Positions 60,301 through 64,000 of a stretch of 64,000 nucleotides of DNA are shown here, in pieces. The notes under the pieces are model-generated. The model did no database searches, had not been told where the DNA came from, and saw nothing but the letters and a program-made list of their open reading frames with translations. A program made the translations under genes and the position numbers. The stretch's first letter is position 1; every line of letters starts with the position of its first letter. Origin of the DNA: Xanthomonas sp. (GTDB lineage: Bacteria > Pseudomonadota > Gammaproteobacteria > Xanthomonadales > Xanthomonadaceae); NCBI GenBank assembly GCA_018262705.1, contig JADFDQ010000002.1, forward strand, positions 239,248 through 303,247. Reading direction: 5' to 3'.

Positions 60301-60933
60301 TCAGACCTTGCTGTACGGCGAGGCGCCGCTGGCCGCTGCGCCGGCGTTGCCGCGCTTGGCATACGGATTGGAGCCGCTGTCGTGGTCGGTGACGTCGATC
60401 ACCCGGGTCACCCCGACCACCTTGGCCAGCAACGTTTTTTCGACCCCTTGCTTGAGCGTGATATCGACCATGCTGCAGCCGTGGCAGCCGCCGCCGAAGT
60501 TGAGCAGAACCACGCCCTCGGCATCCACCCCGGCGATGCTGACGCTGCCCTTGTGCATGGCCAGCTGCGGGTTGATGTCGTTGTCGACGATCCATTGCAC
60601 GCGCTCGGCCAGCGGCGCTGCATCGTCCGGCGTCACGCCCTTGATCCGTGGCGCACGAATTTGCAGCTGGCCGCCGGTCGGGTTGGTTTCGTAATCGATC
60701 TGAGCGCCCTCAAGGTAAGGGGCGCTCGGCGCATCCAGCCACAGGGTGAAACCGGCGCAATCCACCACCCACTCGTCGCCGCTGAGTTCATCGGGTTCGG
60801 CGAATTCGAGACGCACGTCCGCATTGCGGGTGCCTGGGCTGATCGCGGACAGGCGCACGCCGAGTCCGGGAATCGACTCGCGCTCGATCAGCTTGCGGAA
60901 ATGCGTCTGCGCCGCGTCTGAAATCTGGATCAA
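60301..60933 (-). CDS. nfuA: Fe-S biogenesis protein NfuA
   Basis: [18 protein letters not shown] (CxxC), TLKQGVE; TTG start at 60933. Confidence 0.92.
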   Translation of the reverse strand: MIQISDAAQTHFRKLIERESIPGLGVRLSAISPGTRNADVRLEFAEPDELSGDEWVVDCAGFTLWLDAPSAPYLEGAQIDYETNPTGGQLQIRAPRIKGVTPDDAAPLAERVQWIVDNDINPQLAMHKGSVSIAGVDAEGVVLLNFGGGCHGCSMVDITLKQGVEKTLLAKVVGVTRVIDVTDHDSGSNPYAKRGNAGAAASGASPYSKV

Positions 60934-61064
60934 ACGATTCCTCCCGTTCGCATGCACGGCGCAGCGCCGCGCAAAACGACATCACAAACAACCACCTGAG
61001 GCTATTCTAGCGGTACCCGACCGCATCGCGCGCGTCCGGCTTCGTTTCCAGCAAGGAACCTTCC

Positions 61065-61403
61065 ATGATCGACCGTATCCCGCTTGCCGCCGCCCACTGC
61101 ATTCCGCGCCGCGGCCACGAACAGCGTCTCGGCGAAGCCCGCGTCCGCGAGCTGTTGGCGCAAATTCAGGACTGGACGGCGATCGAGGGCGGGCACGCCA
61201 TCAGCAAGACCTTCCAATTTGCGGACTACTACCACACGCTCTCGTTCGTGAACGCGCTGGCCCACGTCGCCAACCGCGAAGACCACCACCCCGATCTGTC
61301 GGTCCATTACGACCGCTGCGTGGTGCGCTTTTCCACCCACGACGTCGGCGGGCTGTCGGAAAACGACTTCATTTGCGCGGCCAAGGCCGATCTGTTGGCC
61401 TGA
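61065..61403 (+). CDS. phhB: Pterin-4-alpha-carbinolamine dehydratase
   Basis: [24 protein letters not shown]. Confidence 0.92.
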   Translation: MIDRIPLAAAHCIPRRGHEQRLGEARVRELLAQIQDWTAIEGGHAISKTFQFADYYHTLSFVNALAHVANREDHHPDLSVHYDRCVVRFSTHDVGGLSENDFICAAKADLLA

Positions 61404-61414
61404 ACGCAGGTCGA

Positions 61415-61912
61415 TTACTTGAGTTGCTCGCCGTAGCCAGCGCGCGCCTTCAGGAACAGGTCGAACGGAAACCTGATCGGCACGCCCTCCAGCGCTGCTG
61501 CCAGCATTTCCAGATGCCCTTCGAACCCGGCGCAGGCCTTGGCCGGATCCTCGTCTTCCGGCAGGCGCACGCTCAGCGTCAGCCGCGTGCCCTGGCCTTC
61601 CGGCTGGAGCTGCCAGCGCAGCGGGCGCTGCGGCTGGCCGGGGCTGCTCCACGAATATTCCAGCAGCCGCTGCGGGACAAACGCCGTCACCGGGCTGTCG
61701 ATCACGGTGCCGCTGTCGGCAAAATCGATCCGCACCGCGCCGCCTTCGCGCTGGTCGATGCTGCCCGGCGCCAGCCACTGGGCCATCTGCGCCGGTTCGG
61801 TCAGCATCGACCAGACCGCGCTGGCCGGGTGGTTCAGGGTGCGCTCAAGCCGTCCCTCGAAACCGGTATCGGTCCGCGTGATGCGGCCGGGTGTCCATCC
61901 ATCGTCACTCAT
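61415..61912 (-). CDS. SRPBCC/AHA1-like domain protein
   Basis: ERTLNHP.S.VW..LTEP....QW, LLEYSW, GFEGHL. Confidence 0.8.
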   Translation of the reverse strand: MSDDGWTPGRITRTDTGFEGRLERTLNHPASAVWSMLTEPAQMAQWLAPGSIDQREGGAVRIDFADSGTVIDSPVTAFVPQRLLEYSWSSPGQPQRPLRWQLQPEGQGTRLTLSVRLPEDEDPAKACAGFEGHLEMLAAALEGVPIRFPFDLFLKARAGYGEQLK

Positions 61913-62031
61913 GGGCTTTTCCCGTTCTGATTGCGATGCAAAAGTTTGGCATTGGCCTGCATTCGCCGCATTGATTGCGGTCAGTCGTTCCCGAGACTCG
62001 ACGTTGTCCCGACGGCGATAGCCGGCGAAAT

Positions 62032-62127
62032 CCCGGTTGCCGCAGCCGATGGAGCGAAGTCAAGGAGGAGATGGTGGCTGCAGGCCACCATCGGGGGACA
62101 TGAGCGCAAGCGGCTGCGGCAACCGGG
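62032..62127. repeat. 96-bp hairpin element with a perfect 17-bp inverted repeat
   Basis: CCCGGTTGCCGCAGCCG / CGGCTGCGGCAACCGGG; inner GATGGTGGC/GCCACCATC hairpin. Confidence 0.75.
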
Positions 62128-62144
62128 CTGGAACAACATCGGCT

Positions 62145-62172
62145 CGTCATCCCGGCGCAAAATCGGGATGAC
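62145..62172 (+). repeat. CGTC-type REP-like palindrome
   Basis: CGTCATCCCG-GCGCAAAAT-CGGGATGAC. Confidence 0.5.
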
Positions 62173-62218
62173 CCAATACCTTTCACTGTATCCATCTCGT
62201 TGTAATATATTGATATTC

Positions 62219-63178
62219 TTACAACCGATCCAACACCTCTGCCAGATCCGGCGCCAGCGATGCGTTCAGCAGATACGGCGTTCGCCCGTCGTCAAGCGCG
62301 AACTCCATCGTCGAGGCATGCAGGAACAGCCGCCGCAGGTCGGCCTTGTCGCGCAGGCGCCGGTTGACTTCGGGATCGCCATATTTATCGTCGCCGGCGA
62401 CCGGATGGCCGATGTGCTGGGCGTGGACGCGGATCTGGTGGGTGCGCCCGGTGGCGATTCGAACCTCGCAGTAGCTGTGCCCGCCGCGGCGCTCGAGCAC
62501 CCGAAACTCGCTCAGCGACGGCTTGCCTTGGGCGCTGACCTGCACGTGGCGCTCGCCGCCCTGCCGCAGCCCGACGTGCAAGGGCATGTCCACCGGCAAA
62601 ACCCCGTCCGGCAGCCGCCCGACCAGAAGCGCCAAATAGCGCTTGTGCACGCCGGCGCCATGGTCTTCGCGCAGCAGCGCCTGCAGTTCAATCATGGCCG
62701 AGCGCTTCTTGGCCAGCACCAGCAGGCCGGAGGTGTCGCGGTCCAGCCGGTGCACCAATTCGAGGGTGTCGTGCGGTCGCAGCGCCCGCAGCGCCTCGAT
62801 CACGCCAAAGGAAATCCCGCTGCCGCCGTGACTGGCCACCCCGGACGGCTTGTCGATGGCCAGCAGCCGCGCATCTTCAAACACGATCGCCGCCTCAAGC
62901 GCAGCCAGCAGGCTTTTTGGCGGCGAACGTCCTGCATCATGCGGCGATTCAACGCGAACTGGCGGGATTCTGACCTCATCTCCAGCGTCCAGCTTGCGCT
63001 CAGGCTTGGCCCGTCCGCCGTTGACCCGAACCTGCCCGCTGCGCACCAGTTTGTAGATCAAACTGCGCGGCATGCCTTTGAGCTGGCCCATCAGGAAGTT
63101 GTCCAGCCGCTGCCCGGCGCGGTCTTCGGGCACGCGCACGTTGCGTACTGCGCTGTTCATGGAATCGGACTGTGTCAT
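62219..63178 (-). CDS. rluC: 23S rRNA pseudouridine synthase RluC
   Basis: GQRLDNFL, S4 domain, HRLDRDTSG, GRTHQIRVH; divergent from rne; ATG 63178. Confidence 0.92.
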   Translation of the reverse strand: MTQSDSMNSAVRNVRVPEDRAGQRLDNFLMGQLKGMPRSLIYKLVRSGQVRVNGGRAKPERKLDAGDEVRIPPVRVESPHDAGRSPPKSLLAALEAAIVFEDARLLAIDKPSGVASHGGSGISFGVIEALRALRPHDTLELVHRLDRDTSGLLVLAKKRSAMIELQALLREDHGAGVHKRYLALLVGRLPDGVLPVDMPLHVGLRQGGERHVQVSAQGKPSLSEFRVLERRGGHSYCEVRIATGRTHQIRVHAQHIGHPVAGDDKYGDPEVNRRLRDKADLRRLFLHASTMEFALDDGRTPYLLNASLAPDLAEVLDRL

Positions 63179-63627
63179 CGGGGCCTTATCTGGTACACTC
63201 GGGGGGTTGCGCAAAGGTTTGATTTCGCGGGAAGTGATGGGCGCCAAATGCGCATTCCGGCCAAAAGCCGGCCTTCCCGACGAGACCCGCCGCAGTGACG
63301 TTGGCCACCACCCTCGGGGTGGACATGTTAACGACTGCGCGGCAAGCCGGGGCGCAACCGGTCGCATGACCGTGACCTCACCGCTGAACAACGTCCCGTG
63401 CGACGCGCCCCGCCCCGATGGGAACGAGGCGGCAGTCGCCGGTCCTGCAACATACAACCAAGGAACAAGCGCTCCCGCGGTTCGCCGTGGTGTGGCAGCG
63501 CTGGAACACTGGAGAGTCACGCGGTTCGCGCCTGGCGCGACTGCGACTTGCGGTATCCAGAGGCGAAAACGCCCGCGGCGTTCCGCTTCCCGCCCATCCG
63601 GGCGAGGGAGTGCTAAGGAACGCAACA

Positions 63628-64000
63628 ATGAAGCGAATGCTCATCAACGCCACGCAGGCGGAAGAACTGCGGGTGGCCATCGTCGATGGCCAGAATCTGT
63701 ACGACATCGACATCGAACAGCCGTCGAAAGACAACAAGAAATCCAACATTTACAAGGGCCGCATCACCCGGCTCGAACCGTCGCTAGAAGCCGCCTTCGT
63801 CGAATACGGCGCCGATCGCCACGGCTTTTTGCCGCTCAAGGAAATCTCCCGCGACTACTTCCAGGCCGGCACCGACCATAACAAGGCCGGCATCAAGGAA
63901 CTGCTGCGCGAAGGCCAGGAAGTCGTGGTGCAGGTGGACAAGGAAGAGCGCGGCAACAAGGGCGCGGCGCTGACCACCTTCATCTCGCTGGCCGGCCGTT
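63628..64000 (+). CDS. rne: Ribonuclease E, 3'-truncated by window edge
   Basis: Read directly: [30 protein letters not shown]...[26 protein letters not shown]. Confidence 0.96.
   Translation, partial: MKRMLINATQAEELRVAIVDGQNLYDIDIEQPSKDNKKSNIYKGRITRLEPSLEAAFVEYGADRHGFLPLKEISRDYFQAGTDHNKAGIKELLREGQEVVVQVDKEERGNKGAALTTFISLAGR

Noticed and set aside
62219-63628. 469-aa RluC as given by the ORF track
   Set aside because: The extension runs through the rne leader; RluC similarity starts near 63178

Overview
High-GC gammaproteobacterial chromosome segment. Gene order (petABC-sspAB, miaB-phoH-ybeY-corC, trmJ/suhB, queA-tgt-yajC-secDF, rpsF-rpsR-rplI-dnaB-alr, rluC/rne) points to Xanthomonadales/Lysobacterales. 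Most of the window is housekeeping. Accessory or unusual parts: (1) a patA-patB-ape type peptidoglycan O-acetylation cluster at 1-5 kb; (2) a DUF4105/Lnb-like gene in the slot where enterobacteria carry lnt; (3) a HipBA-like toxin-antitoxin pair inside a peptide-uptake cluster; (4) a 2.1-kb integrase-less islet (31408-33523) bounded by perfect 29-bp direct repeats, carrying a Cys-motif/HTH phage protein, a probably leaderless DUF4160-DUF2442 pair with a 21-bp operator, a P1-c4/P4-CI-like RNA switch and a Bro-N gene cut at the right repeat; (5) an orphan PhnD-like binding protein coupled to a HAMP-GGDEF-EAL protein next to a Pho-box-preceded DUF47-pit operon; (6) an AT-richer islet at 49.7-51.1 kb with two apparently paralogous secreted proteins, one with a 9-Cys tail; (7) several repeat families, including two identical 112-bp structured elements inside G-run tracts. 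No rRNA, tRNA, CRISPR array, integrase or transposase was recognised. All calls come from reading sequence and motifs; no searches were run.
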